A stretch of 64,000 nt of DNA. It comes from a virus (lineage: Duplodnaviria; Caudoviricetes). The number at the start of each line of letters is the position of its first letter. Within the stretch, counting starts at the first letter, position 1. The DNA lies in IMG/VR virus record IMGVR_UViG_3300031746_000004, positions 1 through 64,000 of that record; one strand, written 5' to 3'. Made by a program: the position numbers and the translations under genes. The notes under the pieces were generated by a model. The model saw only the letters and a program-made list of their open reading frames with translations. It ran no database searches and was not told where the DNA came from. This document shows, piece after piece, positions 9,260 through 18,398 of the stretch.

Positions 9260-10266
9260 AAACTACCTTTTTTTGGTTCACATTTATTACATCTAATCTG
9301 ATATTTTTTAATATTAATACGAGATTGTAATTTATTATATTCAACTAAATTATCTTTATCAAAAATTTTTAATCTATTTTCTAATATAAAATTATCTATT
9401 GAAGTTATAGTATTAATTTTATATTGTTTATCTATTAATTTTAAATACATATCATCTAAATCCATATTTAAATAATAACTTCCTACTGCTATAGAATGAT
9501 AATTACATAATACTGTTTCTGTTTCGAACCAAGACATTTTGAAATCTTTTTTCCAAGGAACTTTACCCTCTACTAGCAATCCTATTTCTTCTGTCCATTC
9601 ATCTAATTTCATTGTTACAAATCTATAATTATCTTTAATCCATTTATGATTTTTTACATCTTGATTACATAATGCCAATATCGCTTCTCCTACTCCAGCT
9701 AATCGTTCTCTTACAAATAAATCTATACACCGTAAATCTATTTCGTCAGAAGTTTGAGTAATCAAATCAGAATATTTAAAAGCACTCCAAACTCCACCTA
9801 ATGGTAAATCTCTGATAGCTCGATTGATAGCTATAAATTTAGAAGCATCTTCGTCGGATTGAGTATTTTCTTCTATTATATATTTATCGAAATAATTACA
9901 TAAAGTTTTTTCTGGATATAAATATTTAATAAGTTTTTCTAATATTAAAGATAAACCTCCTGACCAATAAATTCCTCTTCTATCGCTACCTATTTTTATA
10001 TCTTTTAAATATTTATATTTCCATATTTCGTTTTTATAAGCTATTTCTAACGAAGGATAAGAAGTAAGTAATTCTAAAGTCCATGGTAAATTATAAACGT
10101 ACACATATAATAAACATCCCCATAAACGTTGTTCTTTATCGTAGTTATATTTATCGAAAAATTGTTTTAAAATAGGATATACAGGGTCTATGTCTCCGCT
10201 ATGAATAGAACAAACAGACATCGTAAAAAAATCTTTTTCTGTCATAGGATAAATTAATTTAGCCAT
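9247..10266 (-). CDS. Amino acid:DNA transferase (aGPT-PPlase clade 2-like)
   Basis: GDIDPVY, W...Y...Y, GSDRRG, GGVWSAFKYSD (HhH-like), ETETVLC motifs. Confidence 0.8.
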   Translation of the reverse strand: MAKLIYPMTEKDFFTMSVCSIHSGDIDPVYPILKQFFDKYNYDKEQRLWGCLLYVYVYNLPWTLELLTSYPSLEIAYKNEIWKYKYLKDIKIGSDRRGIYWSGGLSLILEKLIKYLYPEKTLCNYFDKYIIEENTQSDEDASKFIAINRAIRDLPLGGVWSAFKYSDLITQTSDEIDLRCIDLFVRERLAGVGEAILALCNQDVKNHKWIKDNYRFVTMKLDEWTEEIGLLVEGKVPWKKDFKMSWFETETVLCNYHSIAVGSYYLNMDLDDMYLKLIDKQYKINTITSIDNFILENRLKIFDKDNLVEYNKLQSRINIKKYQIRCNKCEPKKGSLCIK

Positions 10267-10399
10267 TTTTTATTATATGAGAAAGTTTCATATGTTCGCT
10301 ACTATTTTTACATAATTGGAGATTTTCGATTCTATCATCGTCTCTAATTTGATTGATATGATGAACTAATTCTTTACGACAATCTATACAACGATTCAT
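10259..10399 (-). pseudogene. Collapsed HNH endonuclease remnant (46 aa); not in the ORF track
   Basis: MNRCIDCRKE fused directly to LVHHINQIRDDDRIENLQL...EH. Confidence 0.75.
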
Positions 10400-10401
10400 T
10401 T

Positions 10402-11259
10402 CTAGCCACCTGCATTCCAAAATAAAACTTTATCACTTAAAATTTTTCTATTTTCTATTAACCACTTCCACGCTTTAGCATCGTATTGTAAATTACAAGG
10501 AAATTCTAAGGGATATATTGAACTTAAATCGTAATATTTCCAACCCATATCTATAAATTTTACTCTTTTTTGTTCTGTTGGAGTTAATTTAATAGGTTTT
10601 CTTTCTTGTATTAATATAGCATAAATAAAAATATTATTTATATTTTGTAAAAATCCTGTGCCTTGTAAAAGTCCTTGAAGTAATCCTCCAGTGGACATAC
10701 AAACTACAATTTCTTTAATATTAGTTAAATCTGTTTTTTTAACTTCTTGAGATATTCCTAATTTCATAAAACTTTTATCTCCGCCCAATGGAATCATATA
10801 TTGTACTTCATGACGATGTTTATACCAATGAATTTTAACCAAATATTTTCTATCATAAAAATGAATTTTAGCTCCATATTTTTCTATATCTTTTAATCTT
10901 AATTGAGATACTTCTCTAACTTCTTTAGGTAATTTTTCTATAGGTTTGCCCCAAATATGTAGTTCTAAATTTAAATATTTACAAATACTTGCTACACATT
11001 TTGCTGCTCTATAATCTCCTGCTTCTTCCCATCCTATAATAGTTAATCCTTGTTCTTTAATATTAGTTAATTCAGGAAGAAATCCTCTTGCCTTAGAAAA
11101 TCTTTCTACGTTACAACACATATCTTCTCTTTTCACAAAAATATTATATAGAGGATAATATTCTACAGGAGTATTTTCGTATAATTGAAAATTTTCGTAA
11201 GGAGTTATTACTCCTGCTTGTCTTCCGTAAGGATAGATATTTTCGACCAATCTTTCCAT
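10402..11259 (-). CDS. PLP-dependent fold-type II enzyme (DNA-modification decarboxylase-like)
   Basis: TPVE, FVKRED, FSKARG (PLP lysine), STGG, YDAKAW, LFWNAG. Confidence 0.8.
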   Translation of the reverse strand: MERLVENIYPYGRQAGVITPYENFQLYENTPVEYYPLYNIFVKREDMCCNVERFSKARGFLPELTNIKEQGLTIIGWEEAGDYRAAKCVASICKYLNLELHIWGKPIEKLPKEVREVSQLRLKDIEKYGAKIHFYDRKYLVKIHWYKHRHEVQYMIPLGGDKSFMKLGISQEVKKTDLTNIKEIVVCMSTGGLLQGLLQGTGFLQNINNIFIYAILIQERKPIKLTPTEQKRVKFIDMGWKYYDLSSIYPLEFPCNLQYDAKAWKWLIENRKILSDKVLFWNAGG

Positions 11260-12989
11260 TTTAATGCCTTTGCTTGTGGTAAAATAGAATTATTACAAGA
11301 TACTTTTCCTTTTTCTTCGCAATATAAACAATTACCATAGCAAGACTCTAAAGGTTCGAATCTTGACCCTCTTCTAACAAAAATAGGAACTCTTTTGCCG
11401 TGACATTGATGAGCAGTTGTAAAGGTTTCCCCTAAAGATTCTCCTGCAAGATTTATTTGTGAAGGTTTATATTCATAACATAATCCCATAGTCGCTTTAT
11501 CTTTCCAGATTGTAATAAATTTTTGATGTAATTTTTTTAACCATTCTAATCTAATTACATAATTAGTAGATATTTGATTACCTACATTTTGTCCAAATGT
11601 ATTATTAAAATATTCTAAACGTTCAGGATAATTAATAAATCTTTGTTGTAATTGTTGTTTAAAAGATTTATAATTTCCTATATCTTGTTCTACAAATTTA
11701 AAAATAAAATGTTTTACTCCTATAGATATACCTAATTCTATTAATTGTTCTAATTCTTCATAAGTTATTATGCCTGGAATTATAGGATTAACTTGCCAAC
11801 CAATATAAATTTTATCTGAAATATTTTTAATTTGAGAAAATATATCTTTTAAAGATGCTGCTCTCGGACTTAATCTTCGCCAAATTTCTTCGTTAGATGT
11901 ATTAATACTATATTGTAAATAAGAATATTTATTTTTTAGTAAATATTCTATTCCCCATTGAGGCACTATTTGTCTTGTTAAATAGAAAATAGGAAGTTGA
12001 TATTTTGTAAACACTTCGGATAAACGTTCGGTAATATGATAAATAGATTCTAAAGGATTAAAACATTCTGTAAAAGAAGAAATATAACCTATAGTAGCTG
12101 TTTTTAATTTATTTAAATCTTTATCTATTTTTTCTGGATAATAAGGGTCGACCGTTGTAGTGTGAGTTAATCTATATCCTCTCACTCCAAAATTAACGTA
12201 ACAATTATGAACTAAAATATTTTCAGCAAAAAAGTTTTCGGTGGTAGTTTGTAAATCATAAACTATTTGTTCTCCTTCTAATTTCTTAATCGATAATATT
12301 TTTACGCAATGAATAATTTCTAAATCCTCTATTTCTTTATTAAACATAGGATTATGAAGTTTCATAAAATCTCTTCTTTTAAAACGACTAGTTATATTTT
12401 GTAATTCAGTATAATCTAATAAAATATCTAATTCTATATCTAAATTATTAGCTTTGACCCAACCTCTATTTTCGGTATAAATTTTATGGTCTGAAGTAAC
12501 TTTAAGATTTTTTTTATTACTTAAAGTTATTTCTAGCAAATCTGATTTATAACCTCCCCATTTCCCTATAACTTTTGTAGGGATAGATATGTTATCCTTA
12601 AATCCCCAAATTAAATCTCCTACATTAATATCTTCTATCTTCTTAATACCTCCCGAAATTTTATTTTTACCATTTCTTATTACAGTTCTGATTGTAGTTC
12701 CTTCGCTTAAACAAAACACACAACCTACAGGACAAAATCCAGCATAAGGTCGAGTTAAAAATGCTTCTGAATAACAAGGTCGATTTCTTCTTCCTAAAGG
12801 TTCATGTTTATCTTTATACCAACCTCGTAATTGTGGAGATTTATTAGGTAATAATATATGAGGAATAGGTTTTTTATAAACTACATATTTACGAGTTTTA
12901 CCACCTTTGACTATAGCATAATTAACTTCTTCCGAAAGTCCTCTTAATTCGTTAATATTAGAAGGTTCTTTATAAGTAATATCTATCAT
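11208..12989 (-). CDS. Radical SAM enzyme with intein (glycinyl-thymidine isomerase-like)
   Basis: CPVGCVF[intein]C motif; likely start MIDIT at 12989 via ATGA overlap; C-terminal CYGNCLYC. Confidence 0.85.
   Translation of the reverse strand: MIDITYKEPSNINELRGLSEEVNYAIVKGGKTRKYVVYKKPIPHILLPNKSPQLRGWYKDKHEPLGRRNRPCYSEAFLTRPYAGFCPVGCVFCLSEGTTIRTVIRNGKNKISGGIKKIEDINVGDLIWGFKDNISIPTKVIGKWGGYKSDLLEITLSNKKNLKVTSDHKIYTENRGWVKANNLDIELDILLDYTELQNITSRFKRRDFMKLHNPMFNKEIEDLEIIHCVKILSIKKLEGEQIVYDLQTTTENFFAENILVHNCYVNFGVRGYRLTHTTTVDPYYPEKIDKDLNKLKTATIGYISSFTECFNPLESIYHITERLSEVFTKYQLPIFYLTRQIVPQWGIEYLLKNKYSYLQYSINTSNEEIWRRLSPRAASLKDIFSQIKNISDKIYIGWQVNPIIPGIITYEELEQLIELGISIGVKHFIFKFVEQDIGNYKSFKQQLQQRFINYPERLEYFNNTFGQNVGNQISTNYVIRLEWLKKLHQKFITIWKDKATMGLCYEYKPSQINLAGESLGETFTTAHQCHGKRVPIFVRRGSRFEPLESCYGNCLYCEEKGKVSCNNSILPQAKALKWKDWSKISILTEDKQE
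12204..12713 (-). mobile_element. Mini-intein (170 aa), no intact endonuclease
   Basis: Starts CLSEGT; block B VTSDHKIY; block F VYDLQT..NFFAE; ends LVHN followed by +1 Cys. Confidence 0.93.
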
Positions 12990-14323
12990 AATATTCCTTC
13001 TTTTTTCCAACGAAATTCGTAAAGACGAGGAGAATATTCATAAATCAATAATCCTCTTTCGTCAACTTTTATTGGTTTTAATATTCCTTGATAATGAGAA
13101 TAAGGATTACAACCACTATTTAAATTATTCCAAGTATTTATAAACTCTCGAATATGACCTGTTTTTAATTGAGCATAATCTACTTGCCAATACTTTATAG
13201 AATCACCATAATATTTATATTCGGTAGCCCAATTATCCCACATTGTTTTTTCTATATCTTCAAATTTTAAATATTTATCTTTACCTTCACTAATCCAATA
13301 TCTTTTTCTTAATTCTTTTAAATGAAAAGTAATTTGTCCTTTACTAAAATTAGTAAGTTCTGGATTTATAGGATATTCGTCGGGGAGTCCGCAACAACAA
13401 CCTGAATAATTTAATTCTTTAAAATCAGGGTCGCTAATACTAATTCCTAATCCTAATTTTTTACAAGTTATATAAATACGTTTCATAAATATTTCTTTTA
13501 CATCTCGATTTAAACGTAAATAAGTACCTCTTTCGGTAGGAGAAAGTTTCTTATAAAAAGGTAAAATATCAAATCCTATTATATTACTTATATTTTTAAA
13601 TCTTTCTTTTAATAAAGGTGCTGCTCTTTCATCTATAGCAAAAAATTCCGTAGATATAGCTTTAGCTCCTGCTTGTTTAGCTTTAGTCAATAATTCTTCT
13701 AATCCTATATCTGTTATTCCTATAATAAAAGGTCGTAAACGTAATATAGTATAATATCCTAATTCCGACATTTTTTTAATTACCGATAATCGTTCCGAAG
13801 TAGAAGGAGTATTAGGTTCTATTTTTTTAGAAATTTCATCACTATTTGTAACTATAGAAAGTTGAAAAGCAAAATTTTTATACTTACTTCCTTCTTCAAA
13901 AATTTTCATATATTCTGGATTATCTAAAAACATCGATAAACCTTTAGTGGAAATTAAAGTGGGATAATGTAATTCTAATAAAGTTTTAATTATATCTAAT
14001 GTAATTTTATGTTTCTTTTCTATATAATCAAAACAATCTGTAAGACCTCCTATATGAAGAATAAATCGTTTAGAATAGAAATGTTGATAATAAGGATTAT
14101 CAATCTTTTTACCCATTATTAGTTCTCTAAAACTTTTAGGATTAACTAATTTTAATTCGGGTGATTTTTTACAGGCAGGATTTGTCGATGCAAATTGAGC
14201 AGCAAAACAATATTGACAACCGAAACTACATTTAGTAGTAGTATCGGCTGTTAAAGGAAGTGCACAATCAGTAAACTCTGAACTTATCCTACCAAATTTA
14301 TAATTATGTTTAAAATTTTCCAT
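12986..14323 (-). CDS. Second radical SAM enzyme (spore photoproduct lyase-like superfamily)
   Basis: CSFGCQYC; GGLTD, ISTK, IEPNTPS..ERL, LRLRPFIIG, GCCCG. Confidence 0.9.
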   Translation of the reverse strand: MENFKHNYKFGRISSEFTDCALPLTADTTTKCSFGCQYCFAAQFASTNPACKKSPELKLVNPKSFRELIMGKKIDNPYYQHFYSKRFILHIGGLTDCFDYIEKKHKITLDIIKTLLELHYPTLISTKGLSMFLDNPEYMKIFEEGSKYKNFAFQLSIVTNSDEISKKIEPNTPSTSERLSVIKKMSELGYYTILRLRPFIIGITDIGLEELLTKAKQAGAKAISTEFFAIDERAAPLLKERFKNISNIIGFDILPFYKKLSPTERGTYLRLNRDVKEIFMKRIYITCKKLGLGISISDPDFKELNYSGCCCGLPDEYPINPELTNFSKGQITFHLKELRKRYWISEGKDKYLKFEDIEKTMWDNWATEYKYYGDSIKYWQVDYAQLKTGHIREFINTWNNLNSGCNPYSHYQGILKPIKVDERGLLIYEYSPRLYEFRWKKEGIL

Positions 14324-14324
14324 A

Positions 14325-14654
14325 TTATATATTTTCTAATAATTTAAATAATTCTAATATCAAACGAATATCCTTAATTTGTTTAGTATGAGGATTAAAT
14401 ATTAAGTATTTACCTAATAATTTTAAATCTTCTTCACTATCTACAAAAATTTCTATTTTATAACGTAATCCTTCTTCATTTTTAGCTAAAAGAGAAATTT
14501 TTTCTAATTTTTCGGGAGTAAGTACCCAAGATGCCTTATAAGTTGCTATATTTTCTGGAATACCTTCTTTTTCAAATTTATTTTTTAATTCGTTATATAC
14601 TTCCCATTTATTTCCCAAAGCTGTCTTAATATCTAAATAATCTGTTAATTTCAT
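14325..14654 (-). CDS. Hypothetical protein
   Basis: Tightly packed between clamp loader and radical SAM genes. Confidence 0.65.
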   Translation of the reverse strand: MKLTDYLDIKTALGNKWEVYNELKNKFEKEGIPENIATYKASWVLTPEKLEKISLLAKNEEGLRYKIEIFVDSEEDLKLLGKYLIFNPHTKQIKDIRLILELFKLLENI

Positions 14655-15022
14655 AATCCTAACTCCATTTTTAATTTTTCTTTGTCTAATAATTTATCTA
14701 TAAAAGGTTTAGTTAATTCTACTTCTCTTTTATTCCATTTCATTAATTTAATTAATTCTTCGGTAACTATATCTGTTGTTTCTGTAATTTTTTCAATCTT
14801 TTTAAAATAAGGTACTTTTCCTTGAGGAATGGTATAATATAAATTATAATATAAATGTAACGGATTAACGATAAATAAATAATTTAAAATATTACTCACT
14901 ATATCTTGTAACTTTTTATCTTGAGCAAGATAATATAAAATTATAACTAATTCTTCGGCAGTCGTAGTTTCTGGTAATTTATTCTTTAAATATAATGTAT
15001 TAATTAATTTAAAGTCAAACAT
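14651..15022 (-). CDS. Putative clamp-loader small subunit (gp62 position)
   Basis: Position directly after RFC-like ATPase, and size; inference from synteny. Confidence 0.5.
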   Translation of the reverse strand: MFDFKLINTLYLKNKLPETTTAEELVIILYYLAQDKKLQDIVSNILNYLFIVNPLHLYYNLYYTIPQGKVPYFKKIEKITETTDIVTEELIKLMKWNKREVELTKPFIDKLLDKEKLKMELGL

Positions 15023-15915
15023 TGTTTTATTCTTTCTAAATTACTTAATATTACCATTTTCTCTTTTACATTGAAATTTATTAATTTTTCCATTTGACAA
15101 AGTATTTCGCATAATTTACCTACTTTAGAAAAAGATAATTTACTGTTAGTTATATAAATAAAAAGATAATCTATAAATTCTTTTATATTTATTTCGTCGC
15201 TCATTATTTTTACTTTAGCATTATCATAATCTCCAGAAGATATTAATTTTAATAAATTTTCATTTTTACCCCTTTGGTCTAATAATTCTACAGGAATACC
15301 TTGTTTAATACTTTGAAGATGTAAAACCATTCTTCTTATATCAGGATAATATTTATTGATTATATAATCTATATTATCTATTTTTACTTCTTCTATTTTA
15401 ATTATTTGTAATAAATAATTTTTAATTTGGTCTTTAGGCGGTAAATTAAAATTAATATTTACACATCTACTAACTAAAGGTTCTATAATTTTTTCTATAT
15501 GATTTGCTGTTAAAATAAAAAAAGCATTATTAATAGTTTCTTCCATTAAATTTCTTAAAGAATTTTGTGCTTGCGAAGTCAATCCGTCTGCTTCGTCCAA
15601 TATTACTGCTTTCTTCACCCCTATCTTTAAAGATTTATTTTTAGTAAAATTACTAACTTGTTCTCTAATTATATCTATTCCTCTATCTGAAGAAGCATTT
15701 AATGTTAATATATCGCTACCTAATAAATGACAAAGTAGATAAGCTGTAGATGTTTTCCCTGTTCCTGCAGAAGAAGAATATAATAATAGATGAGGAATTT
15801 TTTCAGGTTCTTTAGATATTTGAGTTAAAAAAGTTTTGTATTTATCGTCTATTACTAAAGATTCTAAAATCTTTGGACGATATTTCTCAATCCATACAAT
15901 ATTTTTTGTATCCAT
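15004..15915 (-). CDS. Clamp-loader AAA+ ATPase (RFC small / T4 gp44-like)
   Basis: WIEKYRP, AGTGKTS, LNASSDRGID, ILDEAD, SRC, YPDIRR. Confidence 0.93.
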   Translation of the reverse strand: MDTKNIVWIEKYRPKILESLVIDDKYKTFLTQISKEPEKIPHLLLYSSSAGTGKTSTAYLLCHLLGSDILTLNASSDRGIDIIREQVSNFTKNKSLKIGVKKAVILDEADGLTSQAQNSLRNLMEETINNAFFILTANHIEKIIEPLVSRCVNINFNLPPKDQIKNYLLQIIKIEEVKIDNIDYIINKYYPDIRRMVLHLQSIKQGIPVELLDQRGKNENLLKLISSGDYDNAKVKIMSDEINIKEFIDYLFIYITNSKLSFSKVGKLCEILCQMEKLINFNVKEKMVILSNLERIKQCLTLN

Positions 15916-15916
15916 T

Positions 15917-16594
15917 TTAACTCACTTCCGCTACTAAAATTTCTATCTTAAAATCTTCGGTTTCTTGTTTTATCAGGATAGGAGAATTATTTTTTAAAAC
16001 CAATTCTACTTCTCCCTCTAATCCTTGAATGGCTTCTACAAAAGAATTACTCATCCTAACTTTCGCTTCTCCTGAACCTTCTATTAATTCTATTGTATCT
16101 ATTATATTATCTTTATTTTCTTCTAAAATACTCACTATTAAATCTTTTCCTTTTAATTCTAAATCGAAAAAAGTAGATTCAGTAGCTATTAAATAATTTT
16201 CTATATTTCTTAAATTTTTTAAATCTACTTTTATAGAAGAAACTCCTTCCAAAATTTTTATGATATTATTAAAATTCTTTTCTTCTACTTTACTATTTAT
16301 ATATTCTGGAGATTTTAATAATACATTTACTTTCTTTTTTCCTTCGCTTAACATTAATCTATTATCTTTTAATTCTATTTTAACTTTAGGTAATAAATCT
16401 AAATACTTTTTTAAACTATTTAATTTCTGAAGTCCTATAATTTCTTTAGTATCTAATATAGACTTTTTTGCTGTTAATCTTATAGCAATACTTTGGTCTG
16501 GAGAAGTAGCTAAAATCTTTTTATCGTTTACTACTATTTCATTTATTTCTCTTTGACCTTTTAAAGTTACTGATTTTAAAATATTTTTTAGCAT
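15917..16594 (-). CDS. Putative sliding clamp (gp45/PCNA-like)
   Basis: 225 aa, immediately upstream of clamp loader; NSPILIK...ILVA C-terminus as in PCNA-type clamps. Confidence 0.7.
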   Translation of the reverse strand: MLKNILKSVTLKGQREINEIVVNDKKILATSPDQSIAIRLTAKKSILDTKEIIGLQKLNSLKKYLDLLPKVKIELKDNRLMLSEGKKKVNVLLKSPEYINSKVEEKNFNNIIKILEGVSSIKVDLKNLRNIENYLIATESTFFDLELKGKDLIVSILEENKDNIIDTIELIEGSGEAKVRMSNSFVEAIQGLEGEVELVLKNNSPILIKQETEDFKIEILVAEVS

Positions 16595-16604
16595 TTTCTT
16601 CCTC

Positions 16605-17324
16605 CTAAAATTTAATAGTAAATTTTCCTAATACTTTCTCAAAAAATCCTCGTTCTCCTTTATTAAATCCTGTTCCTACACTTACTCCAAATGCTGAATT
16701 TTCGGTTAGTTTATAAGATACTCCGAAAGGATAAAATCCTCCGTTCGTTAAACAAATATCCGCAACCCATTTAAAATATTTAGCATATCTAACCCCTATT
16801 CCATATTCCATTCCTGCTTTTACATTACTAATTCCTAATCCACCAACTGCTATAGGTTCTAAAATAAATCCATACGGTTTTAAATATTTTCTCAAATTAT
16901 CTAAATCCTTAACCTTAATATCTTTTAATACTGTTTTTTTATCTTTATCTAATACTTGCATACTTCCGTCTTTTTGGATATGTAAATAATGTTCGTTTAA
17001 TTTTACAAATTCTTCTTTTCCTCTCCAATCTATTACAACAGGTTTTCCTAATTGTCCTTTATAATAACAATAACCCCCCCAAACACCCATTACAATACCT
17101 ATAATTGCCAATCTAATTAACCAAGTTCTAATCGATAATTCTTGACTTACAGTTTTTCCCCATAAATCCGACCTAACAACTGACGTAATTCCTGTTACTA
17201 ATTTTTTTGTATCAAATTTTTCATTTTGAATTTTTGCTTTTAATTGTCCAGAAATTAAATTTTTTAAAATCCAAATTATTATTCCTGCCAAGAAACCGCC
17301 ACTTAACAATAATATATCTTTCAT
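16605..17324 (-). CDS. Membrane protein with C-terminal beta-strand-rich region
   Basis: Two hydrophobic helices; alternating Gly/aromatic strands; terminal Phe. Confidence 0.65.
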   Translation of the reverse strand: MKDILLLSGGFLAGIIIWILKNLISGQLKAKIQNEKFDTKKLVTGITSVVRSDLWGKTVSQELSIRTWLIRLAIIGIVMGVWGGYCYYKGQLGKPVVIDWRGKEEFVKLNEHYLHIQKDGSMQVLDKDKKTVLKDIKVKDLDNLRKYLKPYGFILEPIAVGGLGISNVKAGMEYGIGVRYAKYFKWVADICLTNGGFYPFGVSYKLTENSAFGVSVGTGFNKGERGFFEKVLGKFTIKF

Positions 17325-17719
17325 TTATGCTCCCATTGGTTTTTTTAATTTATCTAAAAAATAATTTAATGATTTTAATGGTTCTTTAGTCTTTCCTTTT
17401 CCGTCTATTTCTTGTCTATGATTAACTATACCATTATACCATTTTGTTATTTCTCTAATCTTATTTTCGTATGTCTTTTGACTTCTTCCTTTTTTTCTCA
17501 TAATATCCTTTTATTGAATATAAATATTAATAAAAAACAAATTATTGCTATAAATAACTCTTTTAATATTTCCATATTACTTTTTAATTAATAAAGTATT
17601 ACTATTTAGTTATAACTAAGTTAAAATACTTACTATAATAAAGCGTAACAGTTCTTTTTTGATTAATCATTTTATATCTTTGTAATTAAATAAAAGGAGA
17701 GAAGATATTTCCTATTGAA

Positions 17720-18397
17720 TTAACCATTATCCTCATCATTATTTATGGTAGAAAATAGATTCTTCTCTCCGATTATTATTTTAATCTTTTTTGTATAAAA
17801 TTCTTGCCAAAAAGTTCTGTTAAAATTTGCTCTTACATTACATGAATTACATAAAGTAATTAAATTTTCTTCATTGTAATTTATATGATTATAATCAATA
17901 TGATGAACATCCAAAATTCTACCTCTTACTATCAAATGTTCTTCTTCGGTCATACCGCAATTTTGACAAGTATAATTATCTCGTTTGCGAATTAATTCTC
18001 TAAGTTCATCATTAAATTCTACGGGATACGACTCATAACCTTTACCATGAATATAAGCACCAGATAGTATACCTTTTCTTATTCCTGTCCTTTTTGCCCA
18101 TTTATGATAGCATTTTTGACATCTAATTCCATAAAAAGTTATATGAGTACCACAATCCATACATTTATTATTTTTGGTTTTACCATGTTTATAATTGTAA
18201 TGATTTTTACCTGTGATAGTTTTAAAATAACATTCTTGACAATGTTTTACATCTTTAGTTATTTCTTTACCACATTCACAATAATATTTTTTAAAATTTT
18301 GTTTGCGACACAAATCAGAACAATATTTTTTATTAGAACCTTTAAAAGATTTAAATTCTTTATTACACTTTGGATTTTTACAAATTTTGATATTCAT
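17720..18397 (-). CDS. HNH homing endonuclease with zinc-ribbon repeats
   Basis: RDNYTCQNC...VHHIDY...NLITLC..CN. Confidence 0.9.
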   Translation of the reverse strand: MNIKICKNPKCNKEFKSFKGSNKKYCSDLCRKQNFKKYYCECGKEITKDVKHCQECYFKTITGKNHYNYKHGKTKNNKCMDCGTHITFYGIRCQKCYHKWAKRTGIRKGILSGAYIHGKGYESYPVEFNDELRELIRKRDNYTCQNCGMTEEEHLIVRGRILDVHHIDYNHINYNEENLITLCNSCNVRANFNRTFWQEFYTKKIKIIIGEKNLFSTINNDEDNG

Positions 18398-18398
18398 T

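Noticed and set aside
15004-16594. Archaeal virus assignment based on RFC/PCNA-like genes
   Set aside because: Sigma factor, SpoVG-like, RuvB-like genes and sigma70 promoters point to a bacterial host.
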